63,700 nt of DNA, filler included, from an uncultured Methanosarcinales archaeon (GCA_964397315.1; 4 parts of 4 records of this genome joined end to end with filler, not necessarily neighbours in it), one strand, 5' to 3'. Shown: positions 19,653 to 30,950, counted from the first letter of the whole stretch. The notes: generated by a model from the sequence alone, not told the origin. Numbers and translations: made by a program.

Positions 19653-20243
19653 TCACTGCCTGGGCTTGTAACCCATTGAGTCATAGAACGACTCTCCCTT
19701 GAGGGGCATGAAGTGGGTTATCTCAAATGTCTCTTTTATGAACGCCTGCATCTTGAGGGCGTCTGTTATTGAGCTGTTCTTTTTTATCTCCCTCTGCTTT
19801 CTCCATATCCTTTTGACCATAAGGCCTAGAAAATGCTTTAGCAGCCAGTGGTTCTTCCACTCATCATTTGGGTCTATTATCAGGTCTCCTGTCACCCACG
19901 CCTCTATCTCGCCCTGCTGGGCCCTCTTTTTCTCCCCTTCAACCATGACCTCCACATCCTTGATATACCTCAGGTGGAAGTCAAGGTTCAGCACCTGCTT
20001 GTAGAATGTTGATTGCTCTTCCCATTTCTCTGTCCTCCACCATATCCAGATCGTTTTTGCCTCCCTTGGGTCAGAGCTCCTCTTCTCAGAGTAGTAGGTC
20101 TCCATCATGTTCTTGGAGCCTGAATAAGAATCCATGTACCCAAGGTCTGTGAGCTTCTCCTTGAAATCCCTGTATATCTGCTTGAAGTCAAAAATTCCGA
20201 AATACTTCACCCTCGTTTTTAATCCTTTGACTGTGATGGCCAT
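19653..20243 (-). CDS. conserved hypothetical protein
   Basis: 196-aa ORF with upstream TTTATAAA; KYFGIFDFKQIY, DPNDEW motifs. Confidence 0.75.
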   Translation of the reverse strand: MAITVKGLKTRVKYFGIFDFKQIYRDFKEKLTDLGYMDSYSGSKNMMETYYSEKRSSDPREAKTIWIWWRTEKWEEQSTFYKQVLNLDFHLRYIKDVEVMVEGEKKRAQQGEIEAWVTGDLIIDPNDEWKNHWLLKHFLGLMVKRIWRKQREIKKNSSITDALKMQAFIKETFEITHFMPLKGESFYDSMGYKPRQ

Positions 20244-20294
20244 GTTTTTCAGGAAAAGGCTGTTATTTATAAATATTTTGCGCTTATGATATTT

Positions 20295-20951
20295 TTAATA
20301 CCTGAAGTACAGCTGCATGAGTGTCTTCACTGCCATGAAGAACGGGAGGGGCCTTGTGACAAGCCGGGTTTTTCTCTTTCTCATTGCCTCGAACAATGAA
20401 TTGGTGTTCTTCCCGGAATCAACAAGCGTGTAAGTCCTGTCCAGCTGTCTGAATGTGTGGCAGTCTGAAGTTCCTATGAGGGGCAGCCTGTGTTTTTCAG
20501 CCAGCTTAACTGCCCTGCTGTTGAATGTCCACCATGAAAGGTAGAAATGGGAGAATTCTATTCCGTCAAACAGGCTGATGTTCCTCTCAAGGTCTGAGTG
20601 GAGGGCCTTGAACTCCGGATAAAAGGGATGGGGGGCGAGGGTGAATATGCTGTTGCTTTTCCTGTACTTCTCAAGGTCCCTGAATGTCCTGAGGCGTTCC
20701 GCCTTTTTTGTGGCATTGAGTATTATCACTTCTTTGCCCTCAATCCGCTTCTCTATCCCTGGTATCAGAAGAATGTCTTTTCCTGCTGCGTATCTTTTAA
20801 TGTCCCTGCTGAATGCCACCCTCTCATGGTTTGTTATGGAGACAGCCTCATAGCCCAGCTTGGCCATCCTGCCTATAAGCTGTCTGGGAGTGTAGAGAAG
20901 CGCATGCTCCCTGTCAGTTCCGGCGTGAGTGTGAAAGTCTGTCTTTAGCAT
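20295..20951 (-). CDS. PHP-domain metal-dependent phosphoesterase
   Basis: DFHTH, ITNH, APHPF, GTSDCH. Confidence 0.88.
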   Translation of the reverse strand: MLKTDFHTHAGTDREHALLYTPRQLIGRMAKLGYEAVSITNHERVAFSRDIKRYAAGKDILLIPGIEKRIEGKEVIILNATKKAERLRTFRDLEKYRKSNSIFTLAPHPFYPEFKALHSDLERNISLFDGIEFSHFYLSWWTFNSRAVKLAEKHRLPLIGTSDCHTFRQLDRTYTLVDSGKNTNSLFEAMRKRKTRLVTRPLPFFMAVKTLMQLYFRY

Positions 20952-21011
20952 TTTCAGAATTCGCTTAAAATCAGCTTCTTGTCATTGTTTAACCCCTGCT
21001 TCGCTCTCCAT

Positions 21012-22880
21012 TTACTTCTTTTTGAACTTGAACTTTATCCTTTTGTGCTTTGGCGTAGGCATGCTGAACATCTTCTTCCTTCTTTCAATGAAGAACACGA
21101 GAACAGAAAGCATTATTCCTATTGCCATGCCTGAAAAGAATATCGTTGCGTCCCCGCTTCTCTCAATGTCCACAGTGGCCTTCTCAGGCTCAAAGTAGAT
21201 GTCCATGTTGCTGAGCTCAAGCGCGTGCTCTGCATAAAGGAGGGCGGAGTAGATGTCCCTCTCCTTAAGGCTTTTTGCATACTCATAATAGCTGTAGCTG
21301 AGAATGGGATAGATTCCGCTTTCCTGCTGGTTTATGACTGAGGTCCTGGCTGCCTGCAGCTTCCTCTCCAGGAGCTTGTCAAGGTTCTCCTCCTTGACTC
21401 CTATTGAGCTTGAGACAACGCCAATCCTTGCCTTTGTCAGCGCAGCCTCGTAAAGGCACAGGGCATAATCTCCCTTCTTGTATGCCCCTTTTGTGCTCTG
21501 CAGCTCCCTGCCCACATCATTCATTGCTCCCCTGAAAAGGTAGTTGACATAATTATACCTTTCTTCTGCCTCTGATATCTTGTTAAGGCATGATCTCATG
21601 AGTTCTGTCTCGCTTATCCTGAATTTGCTTCCTTTCTGGCCCATGAATGTTGACCAGGACACCGCGCTCTGCAGCCTTTCCCCTGCAAAGGCCATGTTAA
21701 GGGGCAGCTGTGTTGAGTTGTGCCTCAGGTTTATCCTGCTCCTGTTGAGGTAGTCCTTTGCTTCCTCAATCCTGTCAGCCACTATCATGTAAGCCTGCAG
21801 GTCTGTTATAGTCCGTATCTCAAACCCCTCAAGTTCTGATTCCAGGGAGGTTATGTTCATCTGCAGGTCTGACATGATTCTTATGTATTCCCCCTCTGAG
21901 GGGTCTTTCAGCCTGTACAGGAGGCTCTTGTACTTCACATTGGCGCCAAAGCAATAGCTTGCGGAAGAGTAATACCTTTCATCCTCAAATGCCGCCCTGC
22001 CTTCTTCAGTAAGATTGTCTGCCTTGTTTTTTGTGTCTGCAAAGTCATTGTCAACAAGGCTTATGTTTTTTATCCTGAAATTCTGGACTTCTTTTTTCAG
22101 CTGAGTGCTTCTTTCGCAGAGGCCTTCAGCCAGGCCTTTCATGGTGTCCTCATACATGGGCTTAATCTTCACCCTTTTAGGCGTGAGGTTGTAGTCCTTT
22201 CCTGTGTAGTGAGACAGGACTTCATCAATGCTGCCCACTTCCGCAACTTTGATTCCCTTGTCAAGGCCGTACTTGACCATGTCAAGGGTCTTGTTGTTTT
22301 CCTCAACATACCTGCTTGTCTCTGGTATTAGAGCTTTCTTAAGATCTGCTCCGGCGGCAGCGTCTATCTTCTCTTTTATCCCTCCTACAGTACCTATGAG
22401 GCCTCCTGAGTTTATGGTTCCTGTTATGACAACATCATCATCAAGCTCTATGCCCTTAAGAAGCGAGATTGTCAGGGTGGTCACTGCGGCTCCTGCGCTG
22501 GGGCCGCCCACAATAGGAGAGTCAGCCCTTATTGTGTAGAAGAAATCAAGATTTGAGCAGTCAAGATTGAGGTATTTGCATGCCATGTCCTTGGCAAACC
22601 TTGTGGAGAGCTGAGTGTCAATCTTTGCAGTGGGGAATGTGTCAATGAACACCCTGCCTGAGCCCTTTTGTACGTCCAGCTCAAGTGTTGCCACGCTGCC
22701 TTCAAGCCCTGCAGGCCCTTCAGACACTGCAAGAAGCTTTATGCTGCCGTGCTGCGCTGCTGCAGGAGCAGCCAGGACCGCCAGGATGCACGCTGCAAAA
22801 ATGGCTGTGAGCAGAATTCCCGCCTGGTTCCGCTTCTCACCCTCATTCCCCTCTCTGTCCGCCCTCTTTTGCTTTATCAT
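21012..22880 (-). CDS. secreted/membrane-anchored Lon-like (S16) serine protease
   Basis: GGPSAG catalytic Ser, TGTINSGG..VGGIKEK; signal peptide and C-terminal TM. Confidence 0.88.
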   Translation of the reverse strand: MIKQKRADREGNEGEKRNQAGILLTAIFAACILAVLAAPAAAQHGSIKLLAVSEGPAGLEGSVATLELDVQKGSGRVFIDTFPTAKIDTQLSTRFAKDMACKYLNLDCSNLDFFYTIRADSPIVGGPSAGAAVTTLTISLLKGIELDDDVVITGTINSGGLIGTVGGIKEKIDAAAGADLKKALIPETSRYVEENNKTLDMVKYGLDKGIKVAEVGSIDEVLSHYTGKDYNLTPKRVKIKPMYEDTMKGLAEGLCERSTQLKKEVQNFRIKNISLVDNDFADTKNKADNLTEEGRAAFEDERYYSSASYCFGANVKYKSLLYRLKDPSEGEYIRIMSDLQMNITSLESELEGFEIRTITDLQAYMIVADRIEEAKDYLNRSRINLRHNSTQLPLNMAFAGERLQSAVSWSTFMGQKGSKFRISETELMRSCLNKISEAEERYNYVNYLFRGAMNDVGRELQSTKGAYKKGDYALCLYEAALTKARIGVVSSSIGVKEENLDKLLERKLQAARTSVINQQESGIYPILSYSYYEYAKSLKERDIYSALLYAEHALELSNMDIYFEPEKATVDIERSGDATIFFSGMAIGIMLSVLVFFIERRKKMFSMPTPKHKRIKFKFKKK

Positions 22881-22967
22881 GTGGTGTAAAATAAGATTGT
22901 TGTTTTAAAAGGTTTTTGATTTTCCTGACGCCCTGCTACCATAACACTTTCAGCCTGCTTAGGAGGT

Positions 22968-23810
22968 TCATCCCAGCATCCTGAAAAGGTAGGGGGTCAC
23001 GTATACCTCAAGAAAGGCGGCTATTATTATGAGGAGGCATGATATGAAAAGAAGTGCGGTAGCATCCTCAACCACGTGGCTGAATCCTTTTCCGCCCATC
23101 CTCTCCCTCATTACAGCTTTTGACACAACCCCTCCTGATATTGCCGCAAGGAGGAAGCCGGCCACCTCTGGAAGCATGTGGATTGAGAAAACCCCAAGTA
23201 TTGCGAATGCTGTTGAAACCTTCTCAGCCATGTACTCTATCACGAATGTTATGAAGCTTGAGAATATGCTCGCGTTGAACACCAGCAGGAATATTGCGCC
23301 GGCCCCGTACAGGAAAGAGAGCACAAATAGTATGATGACAACAATCAGGTTGTTTGTCACAAGCGCCATGACATCTGAGATTGACGGCTCAAATGACGAG
23401 CTCATGAAATCACCTATAAGCTCTGCGCTGAGCCCCTCCTGGCCCACAAGGAAGTTTCTCTGGAATTCAAACACAGAAAGGTACTGCTCTCCCGAGATTA
23501 TGAATCCAAGCAGCAGATAGCCCACAAACACGCCCATGAACAGGAAGATGTATGCTTCCACAATATCAGCGTGCTCCTTGAGAAAGTGCCTGAGCCCGAA
23601 CCTGCTCTCCCTCTTCTCTTCAATCTCAAGAAGCTTCACAAGAGAGGGCACCACAAGCAGGGTGGTGAGGAAGAGCATGGATATTGAGATAGAGCCCTCA
23701 AAGAATATTGTGGCTGCTAAGTATCCTATCAGGGTGTAGCACAGCCCGAATATGAACGCGAGATAAGGCCTGTGCTCTATCCATTTTATCCTTATTGATT
23801 CCAGGACCAT
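22968..23810 (-). CDS. SpoIIM/DUF95 family membrane protein
   Basis: NNLIV, FNAS, HMLPEV, AAFLEVYVT. Confidence 0.85.
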   Translation of the reverse strand: MVLESIRIKWIEHRPYLAFIFGLCYTLIGYLAATIFFEGSISISMLFLTTLLVVPSLVKLLEIEEKRESRFGLRHFLKEHADIVEAYIFLFMGVFVGYLLLGFIISGEQYLSVFEFQRNFLVGQEGLSAELIGDFMSSSFEPSISDVMALVTNNLIVVIILFVLSFLYGAGAIFLLVFNASIFSSFITFVIEYMAEKVSTAFAILGVFSIHMLPEVAGFLLAAISGGVVSKAVMRERMGGKGFSHVVEDATALLFISCLLIIIAAFLEVYVTPYLFRMLG

Positions 23811-23846
23811 GGTGGCAGGCCAGCCTTGATTGTTTTTTCTGCTCTC

Positions 23847-26543
23847 TCAGTTTTTTCTGTTAAGATAGTCCTCAAGCCCAAGCTCATCTTTCTTTTCAAA
23901 TCCGGGGAGCCCCCTATTTCTCATGTATAAGAGCACGATTATGAGGGCGAGAAGCATCAGCACCACCCACCAGAACAGGCCGGAGTCCAGGACTTTTGAG
24001 TTAAGGAAAGAAGTGGCCCTTCCTGTTATTCCTGTTGGGCACTCCCCGCAGTCCTCAGCGCAGTTGTGGCAGTTCTCGTTCTGGTCACATTCATTGTCTC
24101 CGCACTTTGCAAAGATAAGTTTTCCGCTTTCTCCTGCATCATCGCCGGTCTTGCCTGATTCTTCAGGCACTGAAACATCTTTTACATCCTGCTCCTCCTC
24201 TTCTCCTTTTAATGGCACACACTCTCCGCCATCACAATATTCATTCACCCCGCATGTATCATCTCCGCAGGTTGTTGGCGTGCTGCTGCGGCTGCTGCCT
24301 GAGGAGCTTCCTCCACCTCCTGATCCGGAGCCCTGAGCGGATTCTTCTTCCTCTATAGAGAGTGTTCTTGTCCTGCTGAATGTGAAGCCGTTTTCTGCTG
24401 TTATTTCCGCAGTTATGTCATAATCCCCTGTTTCTGAGTATGAGATAATATGGGTAAAGCCGCCTGTGGCAGGGTCAAGAGCAGCCTGCATGGTGGTGTC
24501 AGGCATTATGAGAGTTACGAACTCGTCAGGCACCGCGCTTCCGTTGTCAAGCCTGACCGAGCCGCTTGCTGCGACTTCCTCGCCTGTCTTTGCGGGATTG
24601 GGGTCAAGATTGAGGCTGACCTCATAACCATAAGTCACTCCAAAGATGCCGCTTCCTGTGTTGCTGTTCCCAAGAGTGTCCTCAGCATAAACAGTTATGT
24701 CATAATTTCCCAGCTCAGAGCCTTTTGTTGTCACAAAGCTTCCGGTATAATAGGAGTCCTCTTTTGAGAGGGCTGTTTCAACAACATTCCCCAAGGGTGT
24801 TGTCACGTTGGCATAGGCTGAATCCTCCTTTATTCCGCTTATGTCATACATTGATATGTTCAGCTCTGCGGTATCCCCCCTCACCACGCTGCCAATGTGA
24901 TTGACTGTTATGTCAGGGCCTGTGAGGTCCAGTGCAGTGAAATTCCATACATTGCTCTCAGCTGTGTTCCCCGCATCATCCGCGCATTCAACATACCATT
25001 CATGCCCGCCAAGGCTGACAATGTTGTCTGAGGCCCCCTCTGTTGACTGCGTTGTGTTGACTGTTATGTTGTCAAGCAGCACTCTGTCATTGTACAGCCT
25101 GCAGTCTATGAGGCTGTCATAATTGTCAGTCACATCAAATGCGAAGTGGGCGTGGTAATCCACTGAGGAGCCGTTCTCAGGCGATGTGAGGTTTATCTCA
25201 GGAGGTGTCCTGTCAACTATGACCACAAAGTTCTCTTTCAGGTTGTTTCCTGCAGAGTCTGTTGCATTGACTGTTATTACTGTGGGGCCGTCAGGCCAGC
25301 TTGTTGTGTTGAGGGTTATTGTTGAGTTTGCGCTGACCGGATCTGAGGTGTCAATAATATAATGGACTGATCCAATCCCTATGTTGTCCGTGACGCTTAT
25401 TTCCACTATCGTGCCTGCCCTGACTATGGCTCCGTTCTCGGGAGAATTCATTGTTATGTTCGGAGGAGTCCTGTCAAGTATGTATGTCCTTTCCCCGCTC
25501 TGGCCTGTCCATCCTGCAGGGTCTGTGCATGACACGCTCCAGTTGTGCCTTCCCTCCGGCATCTCGCTGACATTAACTGAAGTGTTCTCATTGCTGTTTG
25601 CTGTAATCTCCGCATGCACCTCATCATCAGAGTATACCCTGCAGTCAACTTCAGGGGCGAGATTGTCTCTGGCGAGGAATTCAAATCTTGAGAGGCTGTT
25701 CATTATGGCGTTGTCCTCAGGGGATACCAGGCTTACAACCGGGGCTATGCCGTCTATGGTGAACCTTCCTGAGGCATTGCTTAATGCTCCGCCGTTGTTC
25801 TCTGCAAAGAAAGTGAAGCACACCTCTGTGGAGTCATTGTAATCAGAGACATCTGCTGTTGCGCTGTATGTGTCCCCGCTTTTGGTGAGGTTTATGGATG
25901 ATTTGGATTCATCATTGCCTGCTTCACTGCAGTCAACATAATTGAAGAACACCTGCCTGACTCCTGTCTCAGGATCAGTTGCATTGACTTCTGACGTGAG
26001 ATTATTTGTGCCTTCCTTCACAAAGTCCCCGTCCTGAGGCGTCCAGTTGTAAAGCTCAGGCCCTGTATAGTCGTTCAGCACTGTAATGCTGACTGTCCTG
26101 TTGTCAGCAGAGCTGTCGTGGAAAACGCTTCTCACCGGCCATTCGTATGTGATGTTCTCATCCACATTCATTGCTTTTGCGCTGAACCTGAAGTTCTGCA
26201 CCGCGTCTGAGCTTATTCCCAGATTGATGTAGGGTATGTAGGTCAGCCATTCAAAGCCGTTATTGAGAAATATGTTCCAGTTGAGATTGTTTCCGTTGCT
26301 GTTAATGCTCCAGCCGCTCGGCGCCTCTGTGCCAAGCACTTCAAAACCATCTGCTGTGAGGGACACATTGTTTATTGACTCATCACTGCCTCTTTCATTG
26401 CCCACCTCCATTATCAGGTCAGCGGTGTTTGTCTCATAGATCATGTTTATGCTTGCCGAGGCAGTGGAGTTCCACGCAGATGCTGCAGGAGCAATCACTA
26501 GAAACAGGAAAATGCAAAATACGAGCTCACCTCTCTTCCCCAT
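23847..26543 (-). CDS. large Ig-like-repeat surface glycoprotein
   Basis: Signal peptide, repeated DxTxP..SPEN and D.AGN motifs, Cys-rich CGD motifs, C-terminal TM. Confidence 0.85.
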   Translation of the reverse strand: MGKRGELVFCIFLFLVIAPAASAWNSTASASINMIYETNTADLIMEVGNERGSDESINNVSLTADGFEVLGTEAPSGWSINSNGNNLNWNIFLNNGFEWLTYIPYINLGISSDAVQNFRFSAKAMNVDENITYEWPVRSVFHDSSADNRTVSITVLNDYTGPELYNWTPQDGDFVKEGTNNLTSEVNATDPETGVRQVFFNYVDCSEAGNDESKSSINLTKSGDTYSATADVSDYNDSTEVCFTFFAENNGGALSNASGRFTIDGIAPVVSLVSPEDNAIMNSLSRFEFLARDNLAPEVDCRVYSDDEVHAEITANSNENTSVNVSEMPEGRHNWSVSCTDPAGWTGQSGERTYILDRTPPNITMNSPENGAIVRAGTIVEISVTDNIGIGSVHYIIDTSDPVSANSTITLNTTSWPDGPTVITVNATDSAGNNLKENFVVIVDRTPPEINLTSPENGSSVDYHAHFAFDVTDNYDSLIDCRLYNDRVLLDNITVNTTQSTEGASDNIVSLGGHEWYVECADDAGNTAESNVWNFTALDLTGPDITVNHIGSVVRGDTAELNISMYDISGIKEDSAYANVTTPLGNVVETALSKEDSYYTGSFVTTKGSELGNYDITVYAEDTLGNSNTGSGIFGVTYGYEVSLNLDPNPAKTGEEVAASGSVRLDNGSAVPDEFVTLIMPDTTMQAALDPATGGFTHIISYSETGDYDITAEITAENGFTFSRTRTLSIEEEESAQGSGSGGGGSSSGSSRSSTPTTCGDDTCGVNEYCDGGECVPLKGEEEEQDVKDVSVPEESGKTGDDAGESGKLIFAKCGDNECDQNENCHNCAEDCGECPTGITGRATSFLNSKVLDSGLFWWVVLMLLALIIVLLYMRNRGLPGFEKKDELGLEDYLNRKN

Positions 26544-26729
26544 CTTAAGCCTCTTTTTAACGATTTTTATGTTTTTGATACACTAGTTTACAAAATCGTA
26601 TACTAGAATAGGAGATGTAGTATTTAAAGTTTTCGGTAGAAAGCCTCAAGCTCTGAAATCGCCTGTTTCACAGCTTAAGGCCCCAAAACAAGGACTGATT
26701 CAGCACTCACGCAGGGACTCATCAGTAGC

Positions 26730-28946
26730 TCATGCCTGCTTTTCTTCAGCAGGCTTCTCTTTCTCCTCAACCTCACTAAGCTTCTCAGTATACCTGCATT
26801 TGGGGTATCTGGAGCAGCCAAGGAAAGAGCCGTATACTGATTTCCTGAGAACAAGCTTTCCCTCACCGCACTTCGGGCAGGGCTTTTCCTCGCTCCTTGC
26901 CCTTTCCTCATCAACCTTTTTTGACGGGCATTCAGGGTTTATGCATATCTCCTGCGGCCTTTTCCTTGGGAACTGTATGCTCACCATGGGATGGCTGCAG
27001 TGAGGGCACTCCTTCTCTAATGACTTTACCTTTCCCTTGTTGGGCACTGAGAATGTTGTCTTGCAGTCAGGATAATTGTTGCAGGCTATGAACTTTCCGA
27101 ATTTTCCCTTCCTTGTCTCAAGTGTTCCATTCCTGCAGTTGGGGCACGGCCCCACATAGCTTGATCTGGCTATTGATCTCTTGTTCGCCTCTGCAAGCTT
27201 CTCCCCGACCTCTTTCTCCCTCTTCTTTATGTTGCCCAGGATTTCCTTGAGAACTTTTCTCGCTTCCTCAAGTATCTTCTCCCCTTTCTTTTTTCCCTGC
27301 CTGATGTTTTCCATCTCCTCCTCAAAGTGCCTTGTTAGCTTCTCGTCAAGTATCCTGGGGCTGTATTTCTCCAGTGTTTCGCAGGTCTTTATTCCCAGCT
27401 CAGTGGCTTTTATCGCCTTGTCCTCAACGTAACCCCTGTTGTACAGTGCATCTATTATTGATGCTCTTGTTGCTTTTGTGCCGAGCTCCCTCTTCTCAAG
27501 CTCCTTTATTATGGAGGCTGGAGTGTATCTTTTTGGGGGCTGGGTTTCCCTGTCCAGCATGTCAATGCTCTTTACCTTAACCTCCTCTCCTTTCTCAACA
27601 TGGGGAAGCTCTTCCTCCTCAAGCCTCACAAGGTGGCCGTAGAACTCATGCCATCCCTTCTCTATCGTCCTTGTCCCTTTTGTGAGGAATTTCTCATTGT
27701 TGACATCAATGGCCAGCTGGACAGTCTCCCTTACCGCGGGGTCTCCGAATGTTGAAAGGAATCTTCTCATTATCAGGTCATACAGCTTTGCATCCCTTCC
27801 TGATATGTTGGTTATGTTCCCTGTGGGATAGATTGAGGGGTGCGCAGGGTCTGTTTTCTTTCCCTCATTGGGCTTCAGGCTTTTTCTTGCAAGAAGCTTC
27901 TCAGCAAAGCCGCTGTAGAACTGCTGCTTTGAAACCCGCTCCAGTATCTTCCTGTAATTTATGCTCGGCGGCAGCTTCTGCGAGGATGTCCTTGGATATG
28001 ATATCAGCCCTGCAAGGTAGAGCCTCTGGGCTGTGGCAAGGGTGTCCTTAGGCGACATCCTCAGGCACCTGTAAGCCTCCATCTGGAGAGAGGTAAGGTC
28101 AAACGGGGTTGGAGGCGCCTGCTTGAACTGCTTCTTGCTAACATCATCTATGAGGGCCTTCTGCCCTCTTGTGTTCTCAATGACTTTCTCAGCCTCATCC
28201 TTTTTCCAGAACTTGTCCTTCTCATGCAGGGCTGTTATTTCCTTCTGCTTTACGCTGCCGTGCAGCTCAACCTGCCAGAAAGGCTCTGGCTTGAAAGCCT
28301 TTATCTCCTTCTCCCTGTCAACAAGTATCTTTAGGGCAGGCCCCTGCACCCTTCCTGAGCTGAGAATCTTGAATGCGCCTGTTGACTTCACTGCAAGGCT
28401 GAGAGCCCTTGAAAGGTTTATTCCATAATAATAATCCAGTATGTGCCTTGTCTCGCCCGCGTTTGCCTGGCCCCAGTCAAGGTGCTTTGAGGCCTTCTCA
28501 TATGATTCCCTGAGCTCGTCCCTGGTGAGGGTGGAGAACTTCATCCTCTTTGCATCCTTTCTGTTGCATATTTTCCTTATGACATTGAGGCCTATGACCT
28601 CACCCTCTATGTCATAGTCTGTGGCAACAGTGACTTCCCCTGCCTCCTTGCAGAGCTTCTTCAGCGCAGTTATGTATTTTGAGGAATATGATGAGGATTT
28701 GCTGACCTTGTGGGCGGGCTTCCATTCAACATCAAACACAGGGTAGGTCCATCCTTTCTTGTTCTTCTCTGCAAGCGCGTAAAGGTGGCCCACAGCGCAG
28801 CCGACCACAATATCCTTTCTGCCGTGGGTCACCTTGTAATATGGCACCTTGTTGATGTTTTCCTTTATTGCCTTGCCGTCTGCAAGAGCGTCAGCTATCT
28901 TCTTCGCGCTCTGGGGCTTCTCTGTTATAACCAGCTCATACGCCAT
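26730..28946 (-). CDS. topA: DNA topoisomerase IA with C-terminal Zn ribbons
   Basis: ITEKP, ATDYDIEGE, SSGRVQGP, ISYPRT; start trimmed to MAYEL. Confidence 0.95.
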   Translation of the reverse strand: MAYELVITEKPQSAKKIADALADGKAIKENINKVPYYKVTHGRKDIVVGCAVGHLYALAEKNKKGWTYPVFDVEWKPAHKVSKSSSYSSKYITALKKLCKEAGEVTVATDYDIEGEVIGLNVIRKICNRKDAKRMKFSTLTRDELRESYEKASKHLDWGQANAGETRHILDYYYGINLSRALSLAVKSTGAFKILSSGRVQGPALKILVDREKEIKAFKPEPFWQVELHGSVKQKEITALHEKDKFWKKDEAEKVIENTRGQKALIDDVSKKQFKQAPPTPFDLTSLQMEAYRCLRMSPKDTLATAQRLYLAGLISYPRTSSQKLPPSINYRKILERVSKQQFYSGFAEKLLARKSLKPNEGKKTDPAHPSIYPTGNITNISGRDAKLYDLIMRRFLSTFGDPAVRETVQLAIDVNNEKFLTKGTRTIEKGWHEFYGHLVRLEEEELPHVEKGEEVKVKSIDMLDRETQPPKRYTPASIIKELEKRELGTKATRASIIDALYNRGYVEDKAIKATELGIKTCETLEKYSPRILDEKLTRHFEEEMENIRQGKKKGEKILEEARKVLKEILGNIKKREKEVGEKLAEANKRSIARSSYVGPCPNCRNGTLETRKGKFGKFIACNNYPDCKTTFSVPNKGKVKSLEKECPHCSHPMVSIQFPRKRPQEICINPECPSKKVDEERARSEEKPCPKCGEGKLVLRKSVYGSFLGCSRYPKCRYTEKLSEVEEKEKPAEEKQA

Positions 28947-29335
28947 CTTTGATGCCACTATCTTTTTTGCTTCTTTTACTGATGATCTGCTTCTTGTTAT
29001 GATTTTTTTGATGATTTCTTGCTGTGATTCACTCGTGTTTTGCTTCTGCCAGTTTATCTTGTCAAGGCAGGATTTTGTCAAGGCATGACTGCCCCGCGAT
29101 TAAGGCAATGCCCTCGGGTTGAAAGGGTCTGGTATAAAAAACTTTTGAATTAGTGTTGTTTTAAATATATTTTAGAGTATATCCTTCAAAACCCCTTTAT
29201 TATGCAGAATCAGCTGACATCCCCTGCATACTTCATCTTTACCCTTATCATGCTTTATAATTCAAAATATTTATATATTCATGCGTATTAAGATGCCTCA
29301 AATAAGGAGATTCATCAAAAATAAGAGGTGATAGA

Positions 29336-29752
29336 GTGGCTAAAGCAAAAAGCAAGTCTGCTGGAAAAATAAAGGGAGTCAGCAGAAAAGTGGGCCATTA
29401 CTCATTTCTGGTCGGTGTTATCCTCGCGCTTGTGCTGGGGCTTTTCTCAGAGGAGATATCATCTGCTTCAGCCTCGTGGAGCCTGAGGATAATGTTCGTG
29501 CTGGTGATACTCGGCCTTATAGTCGGGCTGCTTAACATCCAGCACAAGGAGATGACAGAGTTCCTGCTCGCGGCAATCGCGCTGATGATAGTGGCTCCTG
29601 CAATGAACGTGGTCTCCCTCACCCTGGACAAGTTCGTGCTGGGAAGCGGGTCTTTCCTGAGGTCCATGCTGAGCTACCTGATAATCTTCATAGTGCCCGC
29701 TGTTCTCATAGTGGCAGTGAAGGTTATTGTTGAGCTGGCCGAGGAGAAGTAG
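29336..29752 (+). CDS. hypothetical membrane protein
   Basis: 4 TM segments, GLIVGLLNI..E..FL; GAGGTGA RBS before GTG. Confidence 0.8.
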   Translation: MAKAKSKSAGKIKGVSRKVGHYSFLVGVILALVLGLFSEEISSASASWSLRIMFVLVILGLIVGLLNIQHKEMTEFLLAAIALMIVAPAMNVVSLTLDKFVLGSGSFLRSMLSYLIIFIVPAVLIVAVKVIVELAEEK

Positions 29753-29824
29753 GTTCGGTTATTTTTTTCTTTTTTTTCTTTTCTTCCCAAATATTTTTAT
29801 ATTGAATGATATTCCCTTATTAGT

Positions 29825-30823
29825 ATGTATGACATCATAGCGTCGGGCTCTGCAACAGTTGATGTTTTTCTTAAGACAACAGGAGAGGAGCTTATTGACA
29901 TAAAGACAAGGGATTCTGAGGAGATATTCACCTGCTACCCTCTAGGCTCAAAAATGCTTGTCAAGGAACTGCAGTTCATGACAGGGGGAGGAGGCACAAA
30001 TACCGCGGTCAGCTTCAGCAGGATGGGCCTCAAGACAGCCTATCTTGGCAATGTCGGCGAGGATGCAAACGGCTCAAGAGTCATTGAGGAGGTAAAAAAG
30101 GAAGGGGTTGATTTCATAGGCACAAGGGGAAAACAGCAGACAAACTATTCTGTCATACTTGACAGCATAGGCCATGACCGCACAATTCTGGTGTACAGGG
30201 ATGCCAGCGACAGGCTGGACTTCAGCAAGCTCAAGAAGAGCAAACTCAAGGCAGGATGGCTCTATTTCTCATCAATGAGAGGAAAATCTTTTGGTACTGC
30301 AGTCAGGCTGGCAAAGCTGGCTGAGAAGAACAGCACAAAAGTAGCCTATAATCCGAGCTCATACCAGGTCAAGGAGGGCGCAAAGAAGCTCAGGCCCCTG
30401 CTGGAAAGGACTGATGTTCTCATATTCAACAGGGAGGAAGCCTCCCTGCTCACAGGCCTCAGGAAAGAGACTCCCATAGAGAAGCTCCTTAAGGCTGTAA
30501 GAGACCTGGGCCCAAAGCTGGCTGTCATAACAGAGGGATCAAAAGGCGCGAGCTGTTCTGACGGAATAAATGTCTATAAGATAAAGCCCGGGAAGATAAA
30601 GATAATGGAGACAACAGGGGCAGGGGATGCGTTTGCTTCAGGCTTTGTGGCCGCGCTTGCAAGAGGCAGGGACATTGAATTCTCCCTCAGGCTGGGGCTT
30701 GCCAATGCTGTTTCTGTAATAAAGCATTACGGCGCGAAAAACAGGCTTTTGAAGTGGGATGAGGCGCAGAAGAAGGCAGGGAGAGGCCCTAAAGTCAGCA
30801 GGAAAAAGGCCAGGCCGCAGTAG
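29825..30823 (+). CDS. PfkB family carbohydrate kinase
   Basis: GGGGTN, NREEA, ETTGAGDAFASG. Confidence 0.92.
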   Translation: MYDIIASGSATVDVFLKTTGEELIDIKTRDSEEIFTCYPLGSKMLVKELQFMTGGGGTNTAVSFSRMGLKTAYLGNVGEDANGSRVIEEVKKEGVDFIGTRGKQQTNYSVILDSIGHDRTILVYRDASDRLDFSKLKKSKLKAGWLYFSSMRGKSFGTAVRLAKLAEKNSTKVAYNPSSYQVKEGAKKLRPLLERTDVLIFNREEASLLTGLRKETPIEKLLKAVRDLGPKLAVITEGSKGASCSDGINVYKIKPGKIKIMETTGAGDAFASGFVAALARGRDIEFSLRLGLANAVSVIKHYGAKNRLLKWDEAQKKAGRGPKVSRKKARPQ

Positions 30824-30950
30824 CCATCAGCCATGCTCCTGCTGTATGGTGTAACCCTCAGAATATAATCTTTGGTATATAATATCAAGGACAACCATCT
30901 TTAAAAACAACCTCTTTTTCTCTCAGTAAAAGTGTGTCCGGTGATTTGAT

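Noticed and set aside
28947..29081. N-terminal extension of TopA (and 17497-17682 of the lamin-tail protein)
   Set aside because: Conserved domains or signal peptides begin at downstream ATGs; the extensions are probably ORF-caller overreach
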